Source: an uncultured Gemmatimonadaceae bacterium
Lineage (GTDB): Bacteria > Gemmatimonadota > Gemmatimonadetes > Gemmatimonadales > Gemmatimonadaceae
Reading direction: 5' to 3'
Assembly: GCA_963740355.1 (NCBI GenBank)
Contig: CAVUDW010000003.1
Span: forward strand, 896,001-960,000
DNA: 64,000 bases
Shown: one piece after another, positions 28,620 to 38,928 of the stretch
How positions within the stretch are numbered: position 1 is the stretch's first letter
How the letters are laid out: each line of letters starts with the position of its first letter
Notes under the pieces: generated by a model
Database searches by the model: none
Told to the model about the DNA's origin: nothing
What the model saw: only the letters and a program-made list of their open reading frames with translations
Made by a program: the position numbers and the translations under genes

Positions 28620-29967
28620 CTATCGCTTCGCCGGGGCCGAAGGCGTCGCAGCAACAGCGGCCGGTGCAGCCGCAGCTGCTGCGCGGGCCTGGCGCTTCAG
28701 GATCACGTGACTCAGCAGGCCGTTGGTTGGCGTCCATGTCGGCGCGACCCAGCCGTTCTGTTCGATCGGCGACTTGCCGCCGGAGGCTGGACGCAACGCG
28801 CCTTCGAATTCCGCATACCGCGAACCCGGATTCCAGAGCGCCCAGCTCTTCAGCCCTGCATCGTAGGTCGCCTGGATCTGCTGGCGCACTTCGCGCGAGC
28901 CGTATGACAGGCCGCGAATGCTCATCGCCTCGAGCCACGGACGAACTTCAGCGACCGGCTTCTTCGTCGAGTCAGCCGTGAACTTCGTGCGCAGCACCGC
29001 ATCGGTCAGCGCGACACGAATCAGGTTGTACGGCACCAGACCCGGCTTCGCAAAGCCATAGTGGCCAGCCGAGTAATGCGAAGGATAGACCATCGGCAGG
29101 ATGGCGTCGGCCGTGGTGATCACCGTCTCCCAGTGCTGGCCGATCTGGACGTCGCCTTCGTCATGCGTCACCAGGCCGAACACATCGGCCGTGATCGGCA
29201 CACCGTACGACGCCAGCTGCGCCTTCGAGTACGTCAGGAACTCGCCGATGTTGTCGCCGCGCGTCTTGCCGTTCGCACCGGGGTAGCGTCATCGTCGCGC
29301 GCATCGCGTCGGTCACGTCCGGGAAGCGCACGTAGTCCCACTGCACCTCCGAGAAGCCCTTGTCGAGCGCTTCCTTGGCGATCGCGATGTTGTAGTCCCA
29401 GACGCGATGGTCGTACGGATTCACCCATGCGCCGCCCTTCTTGTCGCGCCACAGACCACCGTTCACGTGGCGGATCGCCATGTCCGGCTTCTTCTCGGCC
29501 AGCATCCGGTCCTTGAACACCACGATGCGCGCCACGCTGTAGATGCCGTGTGCGTTCAGCGTATCGATCAGCGTCTTCAGCCACTTCGTCGCCGGACGCT
29601 GGTCGGCGCCGATCTCCTTCGCCATCGCGATCGCGGTCGAGTCGTACGACAGGAAGGTGTCGGATTCCTTCACGTCGATGATGAACGCATTGATCTCGGT
29701 CGCGTCGGCCACGCGGATCAACTCCGCCATGCGCGAATGCGAACCGGAGGCCCAGGCATTCACGTACAGGGCACGCATCGAGTCGGGTCGCGCCACCCGC
29801 TTCACGACCGCCGCCACAGGCTTGGCGCTGTCGGTGCTGGCAGTGCCCGGCGTGGCGCCGGCAGCTGGCTTGCCGTCGTCCTTGCCGCAGGCGGAGAGCA
29901 GCAACGCCGAAGCGCAGAGCGCGCGCAGCAACGGGATTCGGCTCGGGATGGACTTGGCTCGCAACAC
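28620..29967 (-). pseudogene. Putative glycoside hydrolase (DUF4015) lipoprotein split by a +1 frameshift near 29287
   Basis: 5' part: LSAC lipobox, INAFIIDVKE, ARIVVFKD, GFSEVQWDYVRFP. 3' part: ITADVFG, IGQHWE, PMVYPSHY, RPWLEA, WALWNP. Removing one base from ATG ACG C TAC CCC GGT joins the two frames. Confidence 0.85.
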
Positions 29968-30136
29968 GGATGGCTCCTGCAGGACGATGGCGTCCGGGCG
30001 ACCACGATGCGCCCGGTAACTGGTTGAGACGCGCAAGATAGCTGATCTTCTGCCCGCACTGTCTGGACGGCCCCGCCGTGCGGCGTGCACATTGACGAAG
30101 CTGTCACTCAGTCACCGAACGCTTCCGGAGCCGCAC

Positions 30137-31384
30137 ATGTCGTCAGTGACCACCCGCGCGCTGGCCATCGCGCTGCTTGCCGCCACCCCGCTGCTGGCCC
30201 AGGCGCCGCCGAAAACAACGCAGGTGATCCGGACCAGCCGCATCCTCGATGGCACCGGTCGAACGCTGACCAACATGGACATCGTCGTGGTCAACGGCAG
30301 CATCTCCGCCATCCGTCCGGCCAGCGGGCCACTGCCACCCAACGGCGTCGACCTCCGCCAGCGCACCGTCCTCCCTGGCCTGATCGACACGCACGTGCAC
30401 ATGGGCTGGTATGTGAACGACGAGAATCGGTTGCACACCGACAGCGACGGCGACACGCAGGGCGAACAGGCGTTGCACCAGGCGGGCAATGCCTGGGCGA
30501 CGCTGCGGGCCGGCTTCACCACCGTGCAGAGCATCGGCGAAGCGGATAACGATGTGCTTCGCAACGCGATCGCCTTGGGGCTGATCCCGGGTCCGCGGCT
30601 GCTCACATCACTCGGGTCGCTCAACGAACGCACCGGTGGCGGCAGCCCCGATTCTCTCCGCGCTGCCGTCCGTCGCTTCAAGGCAGCCGGCGCCGATGTG
30701 ATCAAGATCTTTGCCTCGAAGTCCATCCGCGATGGCGGCGAGGCGACGATGACTGACGAACAGCTGACCGCCGCCTGCGGCGAATCCACAACGCTTGGTC
30801 TTCGCTCTGTCGTGCACGCGCATTCCGCTGAAGCCGTGCAGCGCGCCGCACGCAACGGCTGCACCCAGGTCGAGCATGGTGTGTTCGCCGACGATGCCAC
30901 ACGGACACTGATGGTCAAGAACGGCACGTTCTTCGATCCACAGTGCGGGCTGGTCTTCCACAACTATCTCGACAACAAGGTGCGCTTCGAGGGCATCGGC
31001 AACTACAACGCGGTCGGCTTCGCGTCGATGGAGAAGGCGCTGCCGCTGGCCGAAGCCGGCATTGGGGCCGCCAGCCGTACCGCCGGGCTGAAACTCGTGT
31101 TCGGCACCGACGCGGTGGCCGGTGCGCATGGTCGCAATGCCGAGGAACTCGTATGTCGAGTGCGCCGCGGTGGGCAGCCCGCGATGGACGCGATCGTATC
31201 GGCGACGTCGCGCGCGGCCGAATCGCTTCGACTCGAGAAGCAGATCGGTCGCATCGCCGTGGGCTTCAACGCGGACATCATCGCCACTGATGGCAACCCG
31301 CTCACTGAAATCGAGGCCACGCAGCGCGTCGTCTTCGTGATGCGGAACGGCACGATTTACCGCAACGACGCCGCACCGCGCTGA
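30137..31384 (+). CDS. Secreted amidohydrolase family protein
   Basis: PGLIDTHVH, DVIKIF, VHAH, EHG, FGTDA, ADIIA. Confidence 0.9.
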   Translation: MSSVTTRALAIALLAATPLLAQAPPKTTQVIRTSRILDGTGRTLTNMDIVVVNGSISAIRPASGPLPPNGVDLRQRTVLPGLIDTHVHMGWYVNDENRLHTDSDGDTQGEQALHQAGNAWATLRAGFTTVQSIGEADNDVLRNAIALGLIPGPRLLTSLGSLNERTGGGSPDSLRAAVRRFKAAGADVIKIFASKSIRDGGEATMTDEQLTAACGESTTLGLRSVVHAHSAEAVQRAARNGCTQVEHGVFADDATRTLMVKNGTFFDPQCGLVFHNYLDNKVRFEGIGNYNAVGFASMEKALPLAEAGIGAASRTAGLKLVFGTDAVAGAHGRNAEELVCRVRRGGQPAMDAIVSATSRAAESLRLEKQIGRIAVGFNADIIATDGNPLTEIEATQRVVFVMRNGTIYRNDAAPR

Positions 31385-31398
31385 CTGAACGCCGGACG

Positions 31399-31442
31399 AA
31401 CGAACGCGGCCGCCGAGATACTCTCGGCGGCCGCGTTCGTTT
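31399..31442. terminator. Bidirectional terminator hairpin between convergent genes
   Basis: AACGAACGCGGCCGCCGAGA-TAC-TCTCGGCGGCCGCGTTCGTT. Confidence 0.75.
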
Positions 31443-31462
31443 ACCAGCACTGATATTTCACA

Positions 31463-31633
31463 TCACGGCGAATCTTTCTGCCGGGTCTTGGCGACACCGC
31501 TGAGGATGCCAATGCCGAGCATGATCACACAGGCGATGATGATGTAGAGCGATGGCACACCAGCCACCGAGAGGCCCCATGCCACGCCGCCGATCACCAG
31601 CGCGAAGCCAAAGAGATATATCCCGAACGACAT
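31463..31633 (-). CDS. Small 56-aa two-TM membrane protein (below the ORF-track cutoff)
   Basis: MSFGIYLFGFALVIGGVAWGLSVAGVPSLYIIIACVIMLGIGILSGVAKTRQKDSP*; stops just before the terminator; GC-rich third codon positions. Confidence 0.75.
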   Translation of the reverse strand: MSFGIYLFGFALVIGGVAWGLSVAGVPSLYIIIACVIMLGIGILSGVAKTRQKDSP

Positions 31634-31748
31634 TGTGAGTATTCCGAGTCAGGGGGGAGCGGTACGACACGCCGGTAAGGAGGTGCGTCAAGGCGCCAGC
31701 GATCGTGCACGTGGCGTCAGCTCGTGCACGCCACTCCAGCCTCGAACC

Positions 31749-31764
31749 TGCAAGGTACGTGCGC
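31749..31764 (-). promoter_or_regulatory. sigma54-like motif (CG in place of GG at -24)
   Basis: GCGCAC-GTACC-TTGCA, about 115 nt upstream of the small membrane protein. Confidence 0.35.
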
Positions 31765-31852
31765 GCCGCTTGTGCAGATGCGACTCCCGTATCACAATGC
31801 CCAGTGACGCGGACTCATCCGATCCGCAGGTCGTCACTTCCGGGAGGCGCTC

Positions 31853-34800
31853 GTGTCGCTCCGCTCCATCGCTCTTGCCACTCTGGCGCTCTCCACTGCG
31901 CTTGGCGCGCAACAACCAGCCACTGCACGCGGCGGTCGTCCGGCCGAGCGGCCACTGCCGCTCGACGCGGCACGCAGCTTCACGCTCGACACGCGTGAAG
32001 GCACCTGGTTGTCGCTCGATCTCAGCCCAGATGGATCGACGCTCGTCTTCGACATGCTCGGTGATCTCTACTCGCTGCCAATTGCCGGCGGCGAGGCGAC
32101 ACGATTGACGAGCGGCCTCGCCTACGATGCGCAACCTCGCTTCAGCCCTGACGGCAAGAAGCTGGTGTTCATCTCCGATCGCGATGGCGCCGACAATGTG
32201 CACGTGATGGACATGGCCACGAAGGTCGTCACTGCGATCACGAAGGGACGTGCCTCGGTGTATCAGTCGCCGGACTGGTCGCCCGATGGCCAGTACATCG
32301 TCGCCAGCAAGGGTGGGTTCCGCGGCGGATTGCCGAAGTTGTGGATGTATCATGCCGATGGCGGCAGTGGCGTGGCGCTTTATGCCGATCCCGCCAACGC
32401 AGCCCCCGGCACCGCAGTCCAACAGGCCGGTGCCGCTTTCAGTGCTGATGGCAAGACCATCTGGTACACACAGCGTGCTGGCGCGTGGCACTACAACGCA
32501 CAGTTCCCGCAGTACCAGATCTGGATCTACAACCGCGACACCGGCGAGCGCGAAGCACAATCCTCGCGCTACGGTTCTGCCGTGCGCCCGACGCTCAGCC
32601 CTGACGGCAAGTGGCTGGTGTACGGTTCGCGATACGAAGACAAGACCGGCCTTCGCATCCGCGAACTTGCCACCGGGAATGAACGCTGGCTCGCGTATCC
32701 GACGCAGCGCGACGAGATGGAATCGCGTGCGCCGATGGATGCATTGCCCGGCATGACCTTCACACCCGATTCGAAGGAATTGATCGCCAGCTATGCGAAC
32801 AAGATCTGGCGTGTCGCCGTCGATGGCAGTGGCCAGACGGAGATCCCGTTCCACGTCGCCACGACCGTCGAAGCCGGCCCGGAGCTCGCCTTCCGCTATC
32901 CGATCTCCGATAGCGCACAGTTCACGGTGCGACAGATTCGCGATGCGGTGCCCTCACCGGATGGCAAGCAGCTCGCCTTCATTTCGCTCGATCGCTTGTA
33001 TGTGATGGATTGGCCGACCGGTACGCCGCGTCGCGTGTCAACGCTGAATGCGATCGAAGCCGAACCAGCCTGGTCTCCCGACGGCCGTTCACTGGCGTGG
33101 GTCACCTGGACCGACAACGGCGGGCGCCTCTACAAGTCCTCGATCGCCGCTGGACGTGCCACTGCCACGGTCGCCCTCAGCCGCGGCGCTGGCATGCTGC
33201 GCCAGCCGGCGTGGTCGCCGAATGGTGCGCGCATTGTGCTGGCGAAGACCGCGTGGCAGGGCCGTCGCGATCAGACCGGCGTCACGTCACCGACAGAACT
33301 CGTCTGGTACCCATCGACGCCTGCCGGTACCGACGGCAGCGATGCCACCGTCATCGCTCGGGCGGCCGGACGCACCAAGCCGCACTTCTCGCGCGACACC
33401 ACGCGCATCTACTTGTCGTCGACGCAGAATGGCCTCGTGTCGATTCGCTGGGATGGGTCCGATGAGCAGCGACACCTGCGTGTCACTGGACCAGCCGCGC
33501 CGCAGGGTGGCGACGATCATGACCTGTCCGAGCTGGAGGCGCCGCGCCTCTCCGAGGAGCCCGGTTCACCTGGCCCACCGGCGGCATTGACGTTGATGTC
33601 ACCACGCGGCGATGTCGCGCTGGCGCAGATCAACCAGGACTTCTATACCGTCGTCGTGCCTCCGCGCGGCGTCACGGCGGCAGTCAGCGTCGCTGATGTG
33701 AATACGGCCATCGTCCCGATCAAGAAGCTGACGGACATCGGTGGTCAATTCCCGACCTGGTCGGCCGATGGGCGCAAGATTCACTGGTCGATCGGCAATG
33801 CCCACGTCGTCTACGATCTCGACTCGGCGATGGCGCGTGAAGGCGTCGCGGCACGGCCCGATTCCACGATCCCCGATTCACTGCGACCGAAGCGGTATGC
33901 CCCCTTCGAGCGTCGCATCCTACTGCAGGCGAATCGGGATATCCCGCGTGGAACTGTCGTGCTGCGGAATGCACGCATCGTGACCATGAAGGGCGACGAA
34001 ATCATCCCTAGCGGCGACATCGTCGTGCGCGACAATCGTATCGCAGCCGTCGGCGCGGCCGGCACTGTGGCGATTCCTGCGGGTGCCACATCGCTCGACA
34101 TGGCCGGCAAGACGATCATGCCGGGCTTCGTCGACACACATGCCCACCTGCGCGCCGAACGTGGGACGATTCACGAGTCGCAGCCCTGGGCGTACCTGGC
34201 CAACCTCGCCTACGGTGTCACCACGACGCGTGATCCACAGACCGCCACGACCGACGTCCTCACCTACCAGGACCAAGTCGAAGCAGGACAGATCATCGGT
34301 CCGCGCATCTATTCCACCGGCCCGGGCATTTTCGACCAGGACCAGATCCGCGACCAGGAGCATGCGCGCAACATGCTCAAGCGCTACAGCCTCTACTACG
34401 ACACCAAGACGATCAAGATGTACGTCGCAGGTGTGCGACAGACGCGCCAGTGGATCATCAAGGCGGCGCGCGAGCAGCAGCTGATGCCGACCACCGAAGG
34501 GTCGCTCGATGTTCGCCTGAACCTGACGGAAACGCTCGACGGCTATCCAGGCCTCGAGCACTCGATGGGCATCACGCCGCTGGGCAAGGACGTGACGGAC
34601 TTCATGGCGTGGTCGAACCGCACCTACACACCGACGTTGTTGGTGAACTATGGTGGGCCATGGGGTGAGAATTGGTTCTACACCAAGGAAAATCCCTACG
34701 CCGACAAGAAGCTGCAGCAGTTCACGGCGTACGAGGAACTGGCGCAGAAGACCCGTCGTCGCATGGCCACCTTGCCGGGTGGCAGCACCGCTGGCGGCTG

Positions 34801-35236
34801 GTTCCGGGATGAGGAATACGTCTTCCCGCAGCTGGCAACCGATGCCACGAAGATCCTGCACAGCGGTGGCCGACTCGGCATCGGTAGCCATGGCCAGCTG
34901 CAGGGCCTTGGGTATCACTGGGAGATGTGGGCGATGTCCACCGGCGGCATGACCAAGCACGAACTGCTGAAGATCGCCACCATCATGGGTGCACAGGCGA
35001 TTGGCTTGCAGGGCGACGTCGGCTCACTCGAAGTCGGCAAGCTCGCCGACCTGTTGGTGCTCGATCGCGATCCGCTGGCCGACCTGCGCAACACCAACTC
35101 CATCCAGTACGTGATGAAGAATGGCCGCCTGTATGACGGCAACACGCTCGCCGAGGTCTATCCGACCAAGCGGAGCGGGCCGGATGTGCCGAACCGCGCG
35201 GCGGCGCCGGTGACGAAGGCGGGCACGCGGCAGTAG
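31853..35236 (+). CDS. Amidohydrolase with N-terminal PD40/TolB-like beta-propeller
   Basis: Repeated P.[FW]SPDG motifs; PGFVDTHAH, YGVTTTRDP, GSHGQLQG, GSLEVGKLADL. Confidence 0.9.
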   Translation: MSLRSIALATLALSTALGAQQPATARGGRPAERPLPLDAARSFTLDTREGTWLSLDLSPDGSTLVFDMLGDLYSLPIAGGEATRLTSGLAYDAQPRFSPDGKKLVFISDRDGADNVHVMDMATKVVTAITKGRASVYQSPDWSPDGQYIVASKGGFRGGLPKLWMYHADGGSGVALYADPANAAPGTAVQQAGAAFSADGKTIWYTQRAGAWHYNAQFPQYQIWIYNRDTGEREAQSSRYGSAVRPTLSPDGKWLVYGSRYEDKTGLRIRELATGNERWLAYPTQRDEMESRAPMDALPGMTFTPDSKELIASYANKIWRVAVDGSGQTEIPFHVATTVEAGPELAFRYPISDSAQFTVRQIRDAVPSPDGKQLAFISLDRLYVMDWPTGTPRRVSTLNAIEAEPAWSPDGRSLAWVTWTDNGGRLYKSSIAAGRATATVALSRGAGMLRQPAWSPNGARIVLAKTAWQGRRDQTGVTSPTELVWYPSTPAGTDGSDATVIARAAGRTKPHFSRDTTRIYLSSTQNGLVSIRWDGSDEQRHLRVTGPAAPQGGDDHDLSELEAPRLSEEPGSPGPPAALTLMSPRGDVALAQINQDFYTVVVPPRGVTAAVSVADVNTAIVPIKKLTDIGGQFPTWSADGRKIHWSIGNAHVVYDLDSAMAREGVAARPDSTIPDSLRPKRYAPFERRILLQANRDIPRGTVVLRNARIVTMKGDEIIPSGDIVVRDNRIAAVGAAGTVAIPAGATSLDMAGKTIMPGFVDTHAHLRAERGTIHESQPWAYLANLAYGVTTTRDPQTATTDVLTYQDQVEAGQIIGPRIYSTGPGIFDQDQIRDQEHARNMLKRYSLYYDTKTIKMYVAGVRQTRQWIIKAAREQQLMPTTEGSLDVRLNLTETLDGYPGLEHSMGITPLGKDVTDFMAWSNRTYTPTLLVNYGGPWGENWFYTKENPYADKKLQQFTAYEELAQKTRRRMATLPGGSTAGGWFRDEEYVFPQLATDATKILHSGGRLGIGSHGQLQGLGYHWEMWAMSTGGMTKHELLKIATIMGAQAIGLQGDVGSLEVGKLADLLVLDRDPLADLRNTNSIQYVMKNGRLYDGNTLAEVYPTKRSGPDVPNRAAAPVTKAGTRQ

Positions 35237-35282
35237 TGGTGCGAGTGTAGCAGCTGGCCGAACAACTGATGGCGCAGCATTT

Positions 35283-35320
35283 CGGGGAGTGGCGATGCGA
35301 TCGTGCGTCGTCACTCCCCG
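35283..35320 (+). terminator. Hairpin downstream of the amidohydrolase
   Basis: CGGGGAGTGGCGATGCG-ATCG-TGCGTCGTCACTCCCCG. Confidence 0.5.
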
Positions 35321-35427
35321 CTTCCGTTCCGGTTGATCGGGTAAGGCCGTCTTCCTGCAGCGCCGTTCAGGGTGTAAATCGCGATACAGGCCAGGTCGTC
35401 ACGTTCCGCCACCGCGAGTTCACGCCC

Positions 35428-36057
35428 ATGGAAGACTCCACCCCCAGGAACGACCGTCGCGCGTTCCTCAAGATTGCTGGCGTCCTTGCCGCCGGTACCG
35501 CGGCCGGCTGCCAGTTTGAGACGCATGTACCCGAGACGCCGGGACTTACCGGCGCTGAACGTGCGATCGGCTTCGATCGCATCCTGCTCGACGCGGTGGC
35601 AGAAGTGGTGCTGCCGTCGGAACTTGGTGCCAAGGGACGCGATGTGGCGACGGGGCAATTCGTGGCCTGGGTGGACGGCTATGACCCGGTAGCCGAGGAG
35701 ATGCACGGCTACGGGTACGCTGACATTCGCTATCTCCCGCCGGATCCCGCGCCGTCGTGGCGCGCGCAGCTGACCGCACTCGACCTGTTGGCGCGCAAGT
35801 CACGGCAGCAGCCGTTCGCCCGATTGTCGCCCGCGGCGCGAAAGGAGCTCCTCGATATCGCGCTCAAGGGACACGGTGGTGAGCGTCTGCCGTCGCCCCT
35901 CGAGGCCAGCCATATCGCCATCGCGCTGCTCGCGCACTGGGCCGCGAGCCCTGATGCCTGGGATCTCGCGCTCGGCGCGAAGGTCATGCCCAACACCTGC
36001 CGAGTCCTTGGCGACGCCAACGCAAAGCCGCTGCCGATCATGGGGCTGCGCGCATGA
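35428..36057 (+). CDS. Tat-exported small subunit, gluconate 2-dehydrogenase subunit 3-like
   Basis: DRRAFLK twin-arginine motif; LDAVAEVVLP; FARLSPAARKELL; 4-bp overlap with the GMC gene. Confidence 0.75.
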   Translation: MEDSTPRNDRRAFLKIAGVLAAGTAAGCQFETHVPETPGLTGAERAIGFDRILLDAVAEVVLPSELGAKGRDVATGQFVAWVDGYDPVAEEMHGYGYADIRYLPPDPAPSWRAQLTALDLLARKSRQQPFARLSPAARKELLDIALKGHGGERLPSPLEASHIAIALLAHWAASPDAWDLALGAKVMPNTCRVLGDANAKPLPIMGLRA

Positions 36058-37649
36058 AGACCATCGACACCGACATCCTGATCGTTGGCAGTGGCATCAC
36101 GGCAGCATTGATGGCGGCCAGGCTGGCCGAGACGACGTCGCGAAAAGTTACGGTCGTCGAGGCAGGCAAGCCTACCACGCCGTTCAAGGATCGCACCAAG
36201 GCGCGCGCACGGTACCTGTCGTACGGTGAAAGTCCGTGGAAGCAGGATCATCTGGATGACCAGAACGCGTACGGGACCACATGGGGTTTTTCACCGAGCA
36301 TGAACGTCGGCGGGCTGGCGATGCACTGGGGCGGCGTGTCGCCCCGCTACTCGCCGGAAGACTTCAACACCAAGTCGATGTATGGTGTTGGCACCGACTG
36401 GCCATTCTCGTACGACGAGCTCGATCCGTTCTATCAGGAAGCGGAAGAACGGATGGGTGTATCAGGCGAACAAGGCCCCGTCGCGCTCGATCCACGCGGT
36501 AAGCCGTATCCACTGCCACCGTTACCGGTCAACTACAACTTGAAGCAGCTGCAGGAGTGGGCGAGCAAGTCGGACATCGCCACCTGGAGCACCCCGTCGG
36601 CCAAGCTCTCGCAAGCGCGGGACGGTCGTTCGCAGTGCCAGCGCTGTGACACCTGTTATCCCGTCTGCCCCAGTGGCGCGAAGTATTCGCCGGATTTCAC
36701 GTGGGATGCACTCGTTGCCGCGAACAAGATCACGTTGATCCCGCAGACGCTGGTGCGTCGGTTGGTCGCCGATCCGAAGACCGGCACGATCCTTCGCGCG
36801 ACTGGCAATCGCACCGATGGAACCGGCGAAGAAGTCACGATCACGGCCAAGACTTTCGTGCTTGCCGCCGGCTTCACCTGGTCACCGCACCTGTTGCTCC
36901 TATCGCGAGACTCGGCGCACCCCGATGGCCTCGCGAATCGCAGTGGCCTGGTCGGCAAGTACCTCGCCGGCCACCGCAACGTCAATGCGTACCTGAAGTT
37001 GCCGATGGAGCTGTTCCCCGGCATCAACGCGCAGCATTCCCTGGTGTCGAAGCAGTTCATGCGCGTGCCGAAATCCGGGCGCTACCTGCGACATGACCTG
37101 CGCATCTGGGAATCGGATGTCGGTCGTGATCCCCGCCTGCGCGACGACAAGGGCGCACCGCTCTATGGCGACGCGATGTTGTCCGATTGGCGCGCACGGG
37201 CCAAGGGCGCGACAGCGCGAGTGCGCGGGTACTACGACGTGCTCCCCGATCGAGAGAGCAAGATCACACTCGATCCCTCCAGGACCAATCGGTTCGGCGA
37301 CCCGATGCCGTCACTCTCGTTCCGCGATTCGCCGGAGAGTGCGGCACTCAAGCCATGGCAGGAGGAGCAGCTGGTCGCACTCTTCCGCCGGATGGCGAAA
37401 GCCGGTGGTGGCGAGATGTTGAAGTTGGAGAACAGCGCCAACGATCTCGGACAGGAACATCCCGCCGGCGGCTGCCGCATGGGCAACGATCCGATGTCGA
37501 GTGTGGTCGACAAGTTCGGGCGTGCGCACGACCACGACAACCTCTGGGTCGCGGGCGCACCGGCGCAAGTCAGTGCCGGCTGCTGCAACGGGACGCTGAC
37601 ATTCGTGGCCGTCGGCCTTCACACCGCCGCAGCGATCGCAAAGGCCTGA
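36054..37649 (+). CDS. GMC family oxidoreductase (flavoprotein with Fe-S cysteine motif)
   Basis: ILIVGSG, VGGLAMHWGG, DWPFSYDEL, CQRCDTCYPVCP, HPAGGCRMG. Confidence 0.92.
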   Translation: MKTIDTDILIVGSGITAALMAARLAETTSRKVTVVEAGKPTTPFKDRTKARARYLSYGESPWKQDHLDDQNAYGTTWGFSPSMNVGGLAMHWGGVSPRYSPEDFNTKSMYGVGTDWPFSYDELDPFYQEAEERMGVSGEQGPVALDPRGKPYPLPPLPVNYNLKQLQEWASKSDIATWSTPSAKLSQARDGRSQCQRCDTCYPVCPSGAKYSPDFTWDALVAANKITLIPQTLVRRLVADPKTGTILRATGNRTDGTGEEVTITAKTFVLAAGFTWSPHLLLLSRDSAHPDGLANRSGLVGKYLAGHRNVNAYLKLPMELFPGINAQHSLVSKQFMRVPKSGRYLRHDLRIWESDVGRDPRLRDDKGAPLYGDAMLSDWRARAKGATARVRGYYDVLPDRESKITLDPSRTNRFGDPMPSLSFRDSPESAALKPWQEEQLVALFRRMAKAGGGEMLKLENSANDLGQEHPAGGCRMGNDPMSSVVDKFGRAHDHDNLWVAGAPAQVSAGCCNGTLTFVAVGLHTAAAIAKA

Positions 37650-37728
37650 CGACCAGCGCACACCCACGCCGCAGCTCGCAGCAGGCAGGGAACTGCCTGT
37701 GAGCGACCTGCGGCAGCGGCGTGCGGTG

Positions 37729-38751
37729 TCAGGCGTCCTGCAGCAGCGCGGCAGCCACACCCGCCAGCGCCGCATCCATCTCGTCCATCGTCGAACCATC
37801 GCGGAAGGCGTGATCCCACGCGCGCAATCCGTCCCGATCATCGGTTGGCCGGAACTTGCGCCCAATGGTCCGCATCCCTTCCGTGATGGCGTACGCCGTC
37901 AGCTTGCGACGCGCCACACTGTCGGCCCATTCGACGAACGTCGCAATGAACGTGAAGTGCTGCAGCCAGTACTGCCACGGCGACACCTCCGTGTGCAAGC
38001 CAAGCAGCGCGGCCCACGGCGCGGGATCGCACCGGTAGCGGGTGGTGCCATCATCCACCGAGAGCACGATCTCCGCCTCCGCCATGCGATCGAGAGCGCG
38101 GCGAATGGCGGACGGTGTGTAGCCCGTCGCCTGCGAAATCTCCGTCACGGTCGACCACGCACTGCCACGCGCCAGCAGGAATGCCAGTGCATCAGCCCGC
38201 GCACCGACACCAAAGGCCATCCGGAATCGCAGCACGAGCAAGGCGGCGCGCGCAACGGGCAGTCGCGTGACACTCGAATCGCGAGACACACCTTCGCCGC
38301 TCGCGACAACACTGTCGTCGTCCGTCGCGGCCACCCGCGCCGACGATACGCCTCCCTTGATCACCGGCGACCAGCGAAAATCCTTCCCGCGCTCGTGTGC
38401 GGTCACGGCCACCGCTCGCAGCTGCTCCTGGACCTCATCCGAATACGACTTCGCGATGTTCCGTGTGCGCTGCACACTCAACAAGTCGGACCAGCTGGCC
38501 ACCCAATCGTGCACGATCGGCCGCAGCGCAGGCTCGCAAGGGATCAGCCAGAGCGACATGAGCAGCAGCGCCTCCGGATCGACGATCGACTGGGACGACT
38601 CCTCAGCAGCCGTACTGGCGCCAAGGATCTCCCATTGGGCCTGCGCTGACTCGAGCGCCGCGCTGGTGAGCATCGCGGCGGTGGTCGCCACGCCCCGTTG
38701 CGCATCGAGGTAGGCAGCGGATCGGTCGAGGGCGGGCGTGTCGGCGTCCAT
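37729..38751 (-). CDS. Hypothetical protein with internal winged-helix HTH
   Basis: DPEALLLMSL...LSVQR; LRFRMAFGVGARADAL...TVTEISQATGYTPSAIRRALDRM. Confidence 0.7.
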   Translation of the reverse strand: MDADTPALDRSAAYLDAQRGVATTAAMLTSAALESAQAQWEILGASTAAEESSQSIVDPEALLLMSLWLIPCEPALRPIVHDWVASWSDLLSVQRTRNIAKSYSDEVQEQLRAVAVTAHERGKDFRWSPVIKGGVSSARVAATDDDSVVASGEGVSRDSSVTRLPVARAALLVLRFRMAFGVGARADALAFLLARGSAWSTVTEISQATGYTPSAIRRALDRMAEAEIVLSVDDGTTRYRCDPAPWAALLGLHTEVSPWQYWLQHFTFIATFVEWADSVARRKLTAYAITEGMRTIGRKFRPTDDRDGLRAWDHAFRDGSTMDEMDAALAGVAAALLQDA

Positions 38752-38928
38752 GGTCCGGGGGCGTTCGCAGTGGGAATCCATCTGTTTGCAACCTTATATA
38801 GCAACCGACCGGCCGTGAAAGCAATGAATCGTCGCGATTAAAGCATCTTTGGTGTAGAGCTTGCCCGTCGCGATTGGTCGGCGCGATACGTTTGCCAGTC
38901 GTCACCCCAGTCCCCTTTCGGAACACCG

